Source of the DNA: Leptospira biflexa
GTDB lineage: Bacteria; Spirochaetota; Leptospiria; Turneriellales; DYLW01
Assembly: GCA_020721865.1 (NCBI GenBank)
Contig: DYLW01000013.1
Location: 1 to 62,399 of the forward strand
Direction of reading: 5' to 3'
Length of the DNA: 62,399 nt
Below, piece after piece: positions 9,378-18,842 of the stretch; position 1 is the first letter of the stretch; each line of letters begins with the position of its first letter. The translations under genes were made by a program, and so were the position numbers. A model generated the notes under the pieces. The model ran no database searches, was not told where the DNA came from, and saw nothing but the letters and a program-made list of their open reading frames with translations.

Positions 9378-10199
9378 TTAGTTGTGGATAGCTATAATCT
9401 CGTCCCGGTTGACCTCAGAAAGGATTTTTTCATACTCAGGAGAGTTCTTTTTATACTTCAGTTCAGCGGCACGCAGAAGGTGTTCATTCTTTTTCTTTTT
9501 CAGGAAAATTCTTTCATCTTCTGTTCCGGCATTATATTTGGTCAGCACATTTTCCCGGAATCCATAGCAGGATGCCAGATATTTGTGGGGTGAAATCTCT
9601 TTGTCATATTTGGGATCCAGATTGATATATCTTTCCAGTATGTCTATACACTGGGGAAGATTTTTCAGGTCATACTGCTGGATTACCCAGTCTCTGTACA
9701 CATCTGCGATCAGCTCTTTAAACTTGTCGGATTCCCGTACTTTTCTATTCTGGATTTCATCCATGTGTGAAATGGAACGGCTGAAGTATGTCACTGCCTT
9801 CAGTTTGGCTTTGCGCTTCATTTCTGCTATCTGCCGCTCTTCCTTTGACTTTCTGTCCAGAGTCTGCCAGTACCATTTTTCGTTCAGATGCTTGGCTTCT
9901 GCAGCTTCTTCTCTGTATCTCTGAACACTTTCCCTCATTTTTTGGATGATGGATCTTCCGGTCTGGTAATTGGAAAGAGCCAGTCTCAGTTTATTCTCCG
10001 CAAACGCATCACTCAGTGTTACTAACTGATCAAAGGACTCAATATACGGTTTATAATCAGGATTATGCCATTTTGCTTCAGACTCATCGGCAACCTGACC
10101 TTCTGTTTTTTTATCCCCGCCCTCGTTCGCAGGCGGATTCTGAGCCGAAATTCCTGCTGTCAGCATTGCGACAGCGAATAACATTAATATCTTTTTCAT
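9378..10199 (-). CDS. fcpA: Flagellar-coiling (sheath) protein FcpA
   Basis: Signal peptide plus motifs I recognise from Leptospira FcpA: W.NPD.K.Y, LS.AFA.NK.RLAL..YQ.G, EKWYWQ, YDL.NLPQCI.ILE.YI, HKYLASCY and HLLRA.ELKY. Confidence 0.92.
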   Translation of the reverse strand: MKKILMLFAVAMLTAGISAQNPPANEGGDKKTEGQVADESEAKWHNPDYKPYIESFDQLVTLSDAFAENKLRLALSNYQTGRSIIQKMRESVQRYREEAAEAKHLNEKWYWQTLDRKSKEERQIAEMKRKAKLKAVTYFSRSISHMDEIQNRKVRESDKFKELIADVYRDWVIQQYDLKNLPQCIDILERYINLDPKYDKEISPHKYLASCYGFRENVLTKYNAGTEDERIFLKKKKNEHLLRAAELKYKKNSPEYEKILSEVNRDEIIAIHN

Positions 10200-10243
10200 A
10201 ACTTAACCCTTCCCTTATAAAATTTTATAGCTATTTACGGTAA

Positions 10244-10271
10244 GTATCGGTAAACGCTCTTCCCAAACTTA
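10244..10271 (-). promoter_or_regulatory. Putative sigma28 (FliA) promoter of fcpA
   Basis: Minus strand TAAG-N16-ACCGATAC, 45 nt upstream of the fcpA ATG. It matches the TAAA-N15/16-GCCGATAA consensus. An overlapping TTGAAA-N16-TAAGTT sigma70-like pair spans 10293-10266. Confidence 0.7.
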
Positions 10272-10527
10272 AAAAAAAACTAAATTATTTCAAGCGGCTT
10301 GGACATTTCTGAAAATGTTTTTACAAAAGGCAAGCTATTTTTGCTGTATTTTTCATGGAAAAACCTTATAAAAAAACGTTGACGGGCATCGACCAGTTTT
10401 TGTTACTGCCGTAATGACGAAAAACATCGTTATTGAAAATGTCTTATCCAATCGATGGAAAAGCATTAGAACAAGGATAAAACTATCTGCGGGAACGCAG
10501 AAAGAGTAAATAATCCAAGGAGAATAT

Positions 10528-11835
10528 ATGTCTAAGTTAAAAGAAACGTTGAAAGAAAAGATTGAAGGCTGGAGACCCCGCACCACAAGACTCATCAAAG
10601 AATTTGGTAATGTCAAACTGGGAGAGGTAACCATTGAGCAGGCAATTGGCGGTATGCGTTCCGTAAAATCCCTGGTAACAGATATTTCCTATCTGGATCC
10701 CAATGAGGGAATCCGTTTTCGCGGATACACCATTCCGGAAACTCTGGAAAAACTCCCCAAAGCACCTGGAGTGGATATGCCGTCCGTGGAGAGCTTTGTA
10801 TATCTTCTGCTTACCGGAGATATTCCTTCCGCTTCCAATGTGCAGGAAGTTGCGGCAGAATTTAAAGCCAGGTCCGGAGTTCCGCAGTATGTTTTTGATG
10901 TAATGAGAGCACTTCCCCGGGATTCCCATCCTATGGTGATGCTGTCCGCAGCGGTTGTGGCCATGCAGCGGGAATCTGAATTTGCAAAAGCTTATGAAGC
11001 CGGCGTCAATAAAATGGACTATTGGGACAGCACGTACGAAGATTATATGAATCTTCTGGCAAAACTGCCCACCATAGCGGCTTATATCTATCGTATGAAA
11101 TACCGTGCCGATGTGATCATTCCTCCCAATAATGATCTGGACTTTGGAGGAAACTTTGCTCACATGATGGGAATCCCCAAACCGTATGATGATGTGGCCC
11201 GTATGTATTTTATCCTCCACAGTGACCATGAAAGCGGAAACGTATCCGCACACACCGGACACTTGGTTGCCAGTGCCCTTTCTGATATGTATTATGCTCA
11301 GTCTGCCATGCTGGATGGTCTGGCTGGTCCTCTGCATGGTCTGGCTAACCAGGAAGTGTTGCGTTGGATCCAGGGCGTGATGGATAAAATGGGCGGAAAA
11401 ATCCCATCAGAAGAAGAAATGAAAAAATTTGTTTGGGATACTCTGAATTCCGGACAGGTAATCCCCGGATATGGTCATGCTGTACTGCGGAAAACTGATC
11501 CTCGCTACCAGACACAACGGGAATTCTGTCTCAAGCATCTGCCCAATGACGATATCTTCAAGTTTGTGGATATTCTCTACAAAGTGGTACCAGACATTCT
11601 GGTCCAGCAGGGAAAAGCCAAAAACCCATGGCCAAACGTGGATGCCCAGTCTGGGGTTATCCAATGGTACTATGGCCTGAAAGAATACGATTTCTATACC
11701 GTTCTTTTTGGTGTGGGACGTGCTATCGGTGTTGGGGCCAATATTGTTTGGGACAGAGCTCTGGGATATCCTCTGGAAAGACCAAAATCTCTGACTACTG
11801 CAATGCTGGAAGAAGTGGCCGGAATCAAAAAGTAA
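10528..11835 (+). CDS. gltA: Citrate (Si)-synthase, eukaryote/mitochondrial-type
   Basis: GGMRSVKSLVTDISYLDPNEGIRFRG, HSDHESGNVSAH, GLAGPLHGLANQEV, PGYGHAVLRKTDPRY, NPWPNVDAQSG and LERPKS. SD AAGGAG. Confidence 0.96.
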   Translation: MSKLKETLKEKIEGWRPRTTRLIKEFGNVKLGEVTIEQAIGGMRSVKSLVTDISYLDPNEGIRFRGYTIPETLEKLPKAPGVDMPSVESFVYLLLTGDIPSASNVQEVAAEFKARSGVPQYVFDVMRALPRDSHPMVMLSAAVVAMQRESEFAKAYEAGVNKMDYWDSTYEDYMNLLAKLPTIAAYIYRMKYRADVIIPPNNDLDFGGNFAHMMGIPKPYDDVARMYFILHSDHESGNVSAHTGHLVASALSDMYYAQSAMLDGLAGPLHGLANQEVLRWIQGVMDKMGGKIPSEEEMKKFVWDTLNSGQVIPGYGHAVLRKTDPRYQTQREFCLKHLPNDDIFKFVDILYKVVPDILVQQGKAKNPWPNVDAQSGVIQWYYGLKEYDFYTVLFGVGRAIGVGANIVWDRALGYPLERPKSLTTAMLEEVAGIKK

Positions 11836-11855
11836 AACGCTCATTTCTCAGGAAG

Positions 11856-11889
11856 AGGCCGCTCCAAGCGGCCTTTTTTTTCTTTTTTT
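11856..11889 (+). terminator. Rho-independent terminator of citrate synthase
   Basis: AGGCCGC-TCCAA-GCGGCCT hairpin followed by a long T-tract. Confidence 0.9.
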
Positions 11890-11990
11890 CAAAAAAAAAC
11901 AAAAAAAATCCGCATATTTTCCATAAATTTATTGACGGAGTGACTCATTTATTTATTGTGCACTGCACAACAAAACAGGAAAGCGGAAAC

Positions 11991-12320
11991 ATGAAAAATT
12001 TCTTCCGAAAGATGAAAAAAAACGAGGTTGCCCGGAGAAAACGGAATATTTTGCGGGTGTCTGTGGCCGTGATCCTGCCCGTTCTGCTTTTGGCTTCCAG
12101 TGGCGTGCATAGTACCATACAGAAAGATATTTTTAATACATATACCAATATCCGACTGGGCGTAGCTTATCTGAACGACCTGGCCGGACAAATGACCTCT
12201 CTGGAAGAGGTAGCCATGGCCCATAACGCAGGGCCGGGTGCCGTGAGACGGGGCTTTAGGCCGGAGTCTTACTGGGAAAAAATACGCACCTCCTATAGCG
12301 AGATTTCACACGATTTTTAA
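11991..12320 (+). pseudogene. Internally deleted lytic transglycosylase (SLT) gene: signal anchor fused to the C-terminal half of an SLT domain
   Basis: 109 aa. A basic N-terminus and hydrophobic helix run directly into DIFNTYTNIRLGVAYLNDL...EVAMAHNAGPGAVRR (SLT motif III, YNAG-like). The catalytic ES and GLMQ motifs are absent. Confidence 0.7.
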
Positions 12321-12355
12321 AGCGACACTTAAAGACCAATTCGAAATCCTTCGGA

Positions 12356-12862
12356 TTGGTCTTTTTTTCTTTTTCCTCCAATCCGGTTTCCAAATATTAT
12401 AATATCCATGCCGGCTTCATCTTTTTTTATCTGGAGGATGGGCTTGAAGGCGGGGCATCCTATTATTGGGCACGGGAGGAGGATTATTCTGCGGATATGC
12501 TTTCTGTTCCGGTTACGGGGGAATTGATTCTGGAAATATCTCCGCTGCGTACTTTCCCCAAAGTGAAAAACAAAAAAGCCACCCACTGGGAAAAACCGCG
12601 ACCGGTTTTTGTTCCATATATGAAATTCTTTGCCGGTGGAAGCTATCTGTGGGTACAACGGGAAGAAAAGAAAGGATATTACCGGGGATATTCCCGCAGC
12701 GTGAATTCTGTTGATTTTCTGGGTGGGGCGGCCTGGGTTTTAAATATGCTCTGGTTTCCCGTTTTTCCCTGAAGATGGAAGGTGTTTTTTTTATCCAGAC
12801 AGAAACAGAAATCCAGAGTTTTGCGGCTGTGGAGATGGGGGGAGTTTTTCACTACTGGTACC
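12356..12862 (+). pseudogene. Frameshifted fragment of a small outer-membrane beta-barrel protein
   Basis: Beta-strand pattern (PYMKFFAGGSYLWV). After a -1 shift at the G4 run (12725-12728) it continues GGLGFKYALVSRFSLKMEGVFFIQ...AVEMGGVFHYW, a typical barrel C-terminus. No signal peptide remains. Confidence 0.55.
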
Positions 12863-12908
12863 GTCTACCGAATCGTTTACACTGTCAAGGAGAAATTATT
12901 TTTATCCC

Positions 12909-14270
12909 ATGTTCACTTTTTACCTGGAAACCCATGGCTGCCAGATGAATGAGTATGATACCCTCATCGCCCGGAGTATTCTGGAAAGGGCGGGCGGGGT
13001 CTGGACATCCCGGGTGGAAAGTGCCCATTTGATTGTCATCAATACCTGTGCTGTCCGGGAAAAAGCCCAGGAAAAAGTGTTGAACCGGGTGCGTAGCCTG
13101 CTTTACCTGAAGAAAGAGAACGCCCGTGCCATCGGGATTATTGGGTGTGTTGCCCAGAGCGAAAAAGAGAAATTACTGGAAAATGCTCCGTTGGATTTTG
13201 TGATTGGGCCGGATTCCCTCCGTTCGCTGGCAGACCTTGCTGGCGTTGCGGAAAAAATTCCGGATGCAAATTCCCTGCCGGTTGTGAAGACAAAAATATC
13301 AGAAAGAGAAACCTATGAGGATATCCTTATCCGGAATTCCCGGTATTTCAGTGTGGAGGATTTTCCTTTTTCCCGGTTTGTCACCATCCAGAGAGGCTGT
13401 GACCATTTTTGCAGCTTTTGTGTGGTTCCGTTTACTCGTGGCAGGGAGAGATCCAAATCCACCCAGAGCATTCTGGATGAAATTAAACACTGGGAAGAAA
13501 CTGGTGCAAAATCCATTCTACTTCTGGGACAGAATGTGAATTCCTTTCATAATTCCACGGATACTTTTGTGGATTTGCTGGAGAAAATTCTCCGGGAAAC
13601 CGGGATCCCCCGGATATCTTTCACCTCTCCGCATCCAAAGGATTTTCCCATGGAGCTTCTTTCCCTCATCGGCCGGGAAAAGCGTCTGGTGTCCCACCTG
13701 CATGTCCCCCTCCAATCCGGCTCCGATGGGGTTCTGGAAAGAATGAAGCGGGGATACAGCCAGAAAGACTATCTGGAATTAATAGAGAACGCATACCGGG
13801 AAATTCCCCGGTTAAACCTGACCACGGATATTATTGTGGGTTTTCCAGGAGAATCCCACGAGGACTTTGAACAGACCCGGAAAGTCATGCAACTGGCCGA
13901 TTTTGATTCCGCATTCATGTTTGCCTATTCAGAAAGGCCACACACCTACGCCCGGCAAAAATACCCGGATGACATTCCGGAGAAGTTAAAAATAGAACGG
14001 TTGCAGATTATCATAGAGGAACAGAATGCCAGAGCCCGCAAAAAAAATGAGACCTATCGGGGAAGCACCGTTCTTATGATCCCGGAAGAATTTTCCAAAC
14101 GCGGTCAGGAATACATTGCCGGAAAAAGCGAAAACGGGAAAAAAATTCTCCTGGATTCCCGCAATCTGCCGGAGGAATGGATTACCCGGCATGAGGAAAT
14201 ACCGGTTATGGTGGAATCGGCCACATCTGTCACCCTGTTTGGGAAAATTACGGAACCGGATGTTTGTTGA
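12909..14270 (+). CDS. miaB: tRNA (N6-isopentenyl-A37) methylthiotransferase MiaB
   Basis: ETHGCQMNEYD, NTCAVREKA, GCVAQ, radical-SAM CDHFCSFC, LLGQNVNS, HVPLQSGSD and TDIIVGFPGE. Confidence 0.96.
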   Translation: MFTFYLETHGCQMNEYDTLIARSILERAGGVWTSRVESAHLIVINTCAVREKAQEKVLNRVRSLLYLKKENARAIGIIGCVAQSEKEKLLENAPLDFVIGPDSLRSLADLAGVAEKIPDANSLPVVKTKISERETYEDILIRNSRYFSVEDFPFSRFVTIQRGCDHFCSFCVVPFTRGRERSKSTQSILDEIKHWEETGAKSILLLGQNVNSFHNSTDTFVDLLEKILRETGIPRISFTSPHPKDFPMELLSLIGREKRLVSHLHVPLQSGSDGVLERMKRGYSQKDYLELIENAYREIPRLNLTTDIIVGFPGESHEDFEQTRKVMQLADFDSAFMFAYSERPHTYARQKYPDDIPEKLKIERLQIIIEEQNARARKKNETYRGSTVLMIPEEFSKRGQEYIAGKSENGKKILLDSRNLPEEWITRHEEIPVMVESATSVTLFGKITEPDVC

Positions 14271-15096
14271 AGCGGGTACGAAAATCCATGGATTCAATAA
14301 ATATGGGATTCGTCATTTCCTCCAGGCGGGAAAAAATTCTGCCGTTAAAAAGATCTTTCCATTTTTTGGGTTCCTCATTGGATGTGATGATGGTGGGTTT
14401 CATGCTTTCATAGCGGGCATTGATTAAATCGTAGAGGGTTCTTTTTTCCCATTCACTATCGGCCTGGACGCCAAAATCATCAATAACCAGCACATCGCTT
14501 TGTGCGATTTTATTATATATTTCCTCCCCTTTGCCATACATCGCATTTTCTGTATTGAACGTTGCACGGATGGGATTAAAAAAGTCCCGTGTAATATTGA
14601 TATACGTGGATTTAACCTGGTATTCATAGATGAGTTCATTAAGGATTAACGACGCCAGCATGGTTTTTCCGGTGCCGGTGGGTCCATAAATATACAAACC
14701 GGAGCGGTTTTCCAGGGATATCTGGCGATAATTTTCCAGATAATTAATGGCCATATCAAAAGCTGCCAGAAGAGATGTCCGGATACCCGGATCATCGGAG
14801 AAATCTGTCTGGAAACTGTCCAAGCGGGAGTATATATACTTTTCCGGGATGTGGGAATTCTGAAAAATCTTTTGGATTTTTTTCACGGTTTCCCGGGTGT
14901 TTTTGCAAACGCAGACTCTTGTGGTTCCGGTAGTGTATTCATGGATCAGATATGGATACTGCTTTTCGCACTCACAGTATTTTTCCACGCACTGGCATAT
15001 TTCCAGATTCAGCACATTCTTTTTCCCCGATGGCGGGCGGTAGATATATCCTTTCCCGTGGCAGTAGGGGCAGTGGATATCCGGAACGGGATGCAT
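14248..15096 (-). CDS. DnaC/IstB-like AAA+ ATPase with a Cys-rich N-terminus
   Basis: CPYCHGKG plus three CxC motifs, Walker A GPTGTGKT, Walker B VLVIDDFG, LINARYE...TIITSN and GRIFSRL. Confidence 0.9.
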   Translation of the reverse strand: MHPVPDIHCPYCHGKGYIYRPPSGKKNVLNLEICQCVEKYCECEKQYPYLIHEYTTGTTRVCVCKNTRETVKKIQKIFQNSHIPEKYIYSRLDSFQTDFSDDPGIRTSLLAAFDMAINYLENYRQISLENRSGLYIYGPTGTGKTMLASLILNELIYEYQVKSTYINITRDFFNPIRATFNTENAMYGKGEEIYNKIAQSDVLVIDDFGVQADSEWEKRTLYDLINARYESMKPTIITSNEEPKKWKDLFNGRIFSRLEEMTNPIFIESMDFRTRFNKHPVP

Positions 15097-15181
15097 AGTG
15101 CCAGAAAAAAATAACGGGGGAACGCATAAAGAAAAAAACGTTTTTGTTACCTTTTTAGTGGATAAAGCGTCCTATTGAGAA

Positions 15182-15556
15182 ATGAGCAAGGAATTATTTC
15201 AATCGGAGGGTTTTCGTAGAGAGCAGGATTCCCTGGATCAGAATACAGATTTAAGGATGGTTCATCTGCCCATCCATCTCTTCACGCTTATGGAACGCGA
15301 GATCATACCATTTTTTTATGCAGTCCATCAATCCATGGTAACGGAGGATATTGCCATATTCTGTGGGAAATTAAAAGAATTCTCTGTTCGGTATAATCTG
15401 GGATTTCTGGAACGATTTGCACAGAATTTGGAGATGCACCTCCGGAATTTCTCTGTGGAGGAGATGGAAAACTATCTGGATATTTTTGACGGCTTTATCC
15501 GGAATCACACACGGGGTAAAATTGACGGAAAAAAAATATCGGAAAAAAATCCATAA
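15182..15556 (+). CDS. Hypothetical helical protein (Hpt-like four-helix pattern)
   Basis: 124-aa ORF with plausible composition, overlapping the start of the PNP gene. Confidence 0.6.
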   Translation: MSKELFQSEGFRREQDSLDQNTDLRMVHLPIHLFTLMEREIIPFFYAVHQSMVTEDIAIFCGKLKEFSVRYNLGFLERFAQNLEMHLRNFSVEEMENYLDIFDGFIRNHTRGKIDGKKISEKNP

Positions 15557-16403
15557 GGCGGCCAAATATATCCAATCCAAAATGGGAATTTCTCTGCCGG
15601 AATCCGGAGTCGCCATTTTTCTGGGGTCTGGTATGGGGGAATTTATCAGGAAGGTGGAAATTCTGGGGCGTATCCCCTATCAAAAGATTCCCGGATTCCG
15701 GAAACCTTCGGTGCCGGGTCACGCCGGCGAACTCATCTTGGCCCGGCGGAAGAGAACCGTTTTCTGGATTGCCTCCGGCAGAATTCATTATTACGAAGGT
15801 TATGGCATGGAAACCGTAACGTTTCCAGTGCACGTGCTGGCCGAACTGGGGGTGTATGTCCTCATCCTGAGCAATGCAGCCGGCAGCGTATCCGGGGAAT
15901 TGCATCCGGGCGATGTGGTGGTTCTGGAAGATCATATCAACGGCATGGGAACAAACCCCTCCCGGTTTCCGTTTCTGCCGGAAAAACCTTTTACGGATAT
16001 GACGGAAACATACAATAAAAAACTGATTTCTGATTTTATAGCCATCGGTCAGAAATATTCGATTCCCATAAAAAAGGGGATTTATTATGCGGTTTCCGGG
16101 CCCTCCTTTGAAACTCCGGCGGAAATCCGGATGATGGCCACGCTGGGAGCGGATATGGTGGGAATGAGCACAGTGCCGGAAGCCGTGGCCGGGAAATACC
16201 ATGGCATGAAAATTTTTGCTTTCAGCGTTATATCCAACTATGGCTCTGGTACCAGTGGCAGTGGTGTGGATCATGATTCCGTGCTGGAAACAGTAAAGAA
16301 GAGAATGAACGCCCTCAATCCGGTGCTACTGGAATTTATTGGGAATATGACGTCCCTTGATGAGGTTAAACAAAATGCAGAAAAATCCGCTCTTTCAGAA
16401 TAA
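15522..16403 (+). CDS. Purine nucleoside phosphorylase (trimeric PNP/XapA type)
   Basis: FLGSG, VPGHAG, GRIHYYEG, SNAAG, GPSFETPAE and GADMVGMSTVPE. TTG start at 15522 chosen from the upstream GGGG SD. Confidence 0.93.
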   Translation: MTEKKYRKKIHKAAKYIQSKMGISLPESGVAIFLGSGMGEFIRKVEILGRIPYQKIPGFRKPSVPGHAGELILARRKRTVFWIASGRIHYYEGYGMETVTFPVHVLAELGVYVLILSNAAGSVSGELHPGDVVVLEDHINGMGTNPSRFPFLPEKPFTDMTETYNKKLISDFIAIGQKYSIPIKKGIYYAVSGPSFETPAEIRMMATLGADMVGMSTVPEAVAGKYHGMKIFAFSVISNYGSGTSGSGVDHDSVLETVKKRMNALNPVLLEFIGNMTSLDEVKQNAEKSALSE

Positions 16404-17841
16404 GACCACCATGGTCATCCGTAAATCCCCGCTGGTATCCGAATACAACCGGCTGGACGAAGAGAACCCGCAGCAGGAAAATCTACCCAGGGAAGTCCAG
16501 CGGAAAAAACCCGATGTGTTTCCCCATTTGAAGGAACCCCTTCTGATGCGGCACTACCACCGTCTGGCACGGATGAACTACTCCTGGGATGACGGTCTCT
16601 ATCCTCTGGGATCCTGCACCATGAAATATAATCCCGTGCTGCATGATTCCCTTTCGGCTCGCCCGGCCTATTTGAACGCCCATCCGGCCTGGGGGGAGGG
16701 ATATACCCAGGGAGCTCTGCGTCTGGTTTATGAAACCCAGAAAATGCTGGAGGATATTCTGGATATCCATTCCGTGAATCTCCAGCCGGCAGCCGGTGCC
16801 CATGGAGAACTGACTGGTGTTCTTATGATTCGCCGGTATTTTGAAGATAAAGGGGTGGAAAAAAAAACCATATTGATTCCGGATTCCGCCCACGGCACCA
16901 ATCCCGCCTCCGCCATGATGGCGGCGTTTGATCCCGTGCAGGTGAAATCCCGTCCGGACGGCACTCTGGATTTGGAGGATTTAAAAAATAAAATTAATGA
17001 TAAAACCGCCGCTTTGATGATCACCAATCCCAACACTCTGGGGGTTTTTGAAAAAAATATTATTGCCATAAAAGAAATTCTGGAAAAATACCACGCCCTT
17101 CTCTTTATGGATGGTGCCAATTTAAACGCCATTGCCGGAAGAATCTCCTTTAAAAAAATGGGTGTGGATGTAACCCAAATGAATCTGCATAAAACATTTT
17201 CCACCCCCCATGGTGGCGGTGGACCGGGGCAGGGGGCCATTGGTGCGTCCGAAAGAATGGCACCCTATCTCCCCAACCCTTCTCTGCGGATGACCCTGAA
17301 AGACCAGAAGCCCTGGTATGAATTCTATTCCCCGGCAAAATCCATCGGCAAAATGAAAGCATGGTATGGACAGTTTGGGATCATCATCCGTGCCTGGGCG
17401 TACCTGAAAACCGTGGGAAACCGGATGGCAGATGTTTCCGGAAAGGCCGTACTGAATGCGAATTATATTAAAAAGGAATTGTCCGGTTTCCTGGAACCGG
17501 CATCGGAAAATCCCTCCATGCACGAAGCCGTTTTCAGCCAGAAGACACTGGCGGATGCCGGTATCTCCACCATGAATCTGGCTAAAGCACTGCTGGACCG
17601 GGGTTTTTATGCTCCCACGGTTTATTTTCCGCTGAATGTACCCGGTGCGATTATGATTGAACCCACAGAGACAGAATCCAAAGAAGAAATGGATTATTTT
17701 ATATCCTGCGTGCGGGAAATTGTGGATATGGCAAGGGCGTCCGATGAGGGCAGGGCAAAAATTGCCGGATCTCCTTACGATACCGCCGTGCGACATCCCG
17801 ATGAGGTGGGGGCAGCCAGAAATCCACGGCTGAAGTGGTAA
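16375..17841 (+). CDS. gcvPB: Glycine dehydrogenase (decarboxylating) subunit 2
   Basis: YPLGSCTMKYNP, QPAAGAHGE, DSAHGTNPASA, MITNPNTLG and PLP-Lys NLHKTFSTPHGGGGPG. Start after the GAGGT SD. Confidence 0.95.
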   Translation: MQKNPLFQNKTTMVIRKSPLVSEYNRLDEENPQQENLPREVQRKKPDVFPHLKEPLLMRHYHRLARMNYSWDDGLYPLGSCTMKYNPVLHDSLSARPAYLNAHPAWGEGYTQGALRLVYETQKMLEDILDIHSVNLQPAAGAHGELTGVLMIRRYFEDKGVEKKTILIPDSAHGTNPASAMMAAFDPVQVKSRPDGTLDLEDLKNKINDKTAALMITNPNTLGVFEKNIIAIKEILEKYHALLFMDGANLNAIAGRISFKKMGVDVTQMNLHKTFSTPHGGGGPGQGAIGASERMAPYLPNPSLRMTLKDQKPWYEFYSPAKSIGKMKAWYGQFGIIIRAWAYLKTVGNRMADVSGKAVLNANYIKKELSGFLEPASENPSMHEAVFSQKTLADAGISTMNLAKALLDRGFYAPTVYFPLNVPGAIMIEPTETESKEEMDYFISCVREIVDMARASDEGRAKIAGSPYDTAVRHPDEVGAARNPRLKW

Positions 17842-17850
17842 GGGGGAACG

Positions 17851-18825
17851 ATGGTTATTGTAACAGGAGGAGCGGGTTTTATTGGCAGTGCTTTTGTGTG
17901 GAAACTCAACCGCGAAGGCATTGACAATATCCTCATCGTGGATAATGTGAACACATCGGACAAATGGAAAAATCTGGTCCCACTGCGGTTTGCCCAGTAC
18001 CAGTCCAAATTTGATTTCTATGACCGGATGACAGAGAATGAGATGCCCGGCGGGGTTTCCATGGTGGTGCATCTGGGAGCCTGCTCCTCCACCACGGAAA
18101 CCGATATGGACTATCTATACGATAATAATGTGGAATTTTCCCAGAAACTGGCCGAGTGGAGCATCCGGAAAAAAATACCGTTTATCTACGCCTCCAGTGC
18201 CGCCACCTATGGGGAAGGGGAAAATGGCTTCACCGATGACCACTCCAGCCTGGCTAAACTCCGCCCGGTGAATCGCTACGGGTATAGCAAACAGCTCTTT
18301 GACCTGTGGCTGCAACGGAATCATTATCTGGACAAGGTGACTGGCATCAAATTCTTCAATGTATTCGGTCCCAATGAATACCATAAAGGAGATATGTCCA
18401 GCGTCATTTTTAAGGCGTTCCATAAAATCAAGGAGACAGGAAAATTCAGCCTGTTCAAATCCCATCGGGAGGGGTACCGGGATGGAGAACAGAAACGGGA
18501 TTTTATTTACATAAAAGACGTGGTGGATGTGATCTGGTATCTGTCCCAAAATCCGGATAAACCGGGCATCTATAACTTAGGTACCGGAATTGCCCGGAGC
18601 TGGAATGATCTGATCCTTGCCGTCTTTTCCGCCATGGAGCTTCCTCCCCGGATTGACTATGTGGATATGCCGGAAAATCTCCGGGGAGCATACCAGTATT
18701 TTACACAGGCAGAAATGAGTAAATTAAAGAACGCCGGCTTCACCAACCCAATGACGTCTCTGGAAGATTCCATCCGGGATTATGTGCGGAATTATCTGGC
18801 AACCCCGGATCCTTTTTTGACGTAA
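17851..18825 (+). CDS. rfaD: ADP-L-glycero-D-manno-heptose 6-epimerase
   Basis: VTGGAGFIGS, HLGACSSTTE, YASSAATYG, YGYSK, FFNVFGPNEYHKG and YQYFTQA. Confidence 0.96.
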   Translation: MVIVTGGAGFIGSAFVWKLNREGIDNILIVDNVNTSDKWKNLVPLRFAQYQSKFDFYDRMTENEMPGGVSMVVHLGACSSTTETDMDYLYDNNVEFSQKLAEWSIRKKIPFIYASSAATYGEGENGFTDDHSSLAKLRPVNRYGYSKQLFDLWLQRNHYLDKVTGIKFFNVFGPNEYHKGDMSSVIFKAFHKIKETGKFSLFKSHREGYRDGEQKRDFIYIKDVVDVIWYLSQNPDKPGIYNLGTGIARSWNDLILAVFSAMELPPRIDYVDMPENLRGAYQYFTQAEMSKLKNAGFTNPMTSLEDSIRDYVRNYLATPDPFLT

Positions 18826-18842
18826 TACGGACTCCTCCGGAC

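Noticed and set aside
11628-12320. 230-aa ORF as listed in the track
   Set aside because: Its 5' half overlaps gltA and its terminator. Only the part from ATG 11991 is credible.
14248-15096. IS21 element or prophage replication module
   Set aside because: No IstA, terminal repeats or phage genes nearby.
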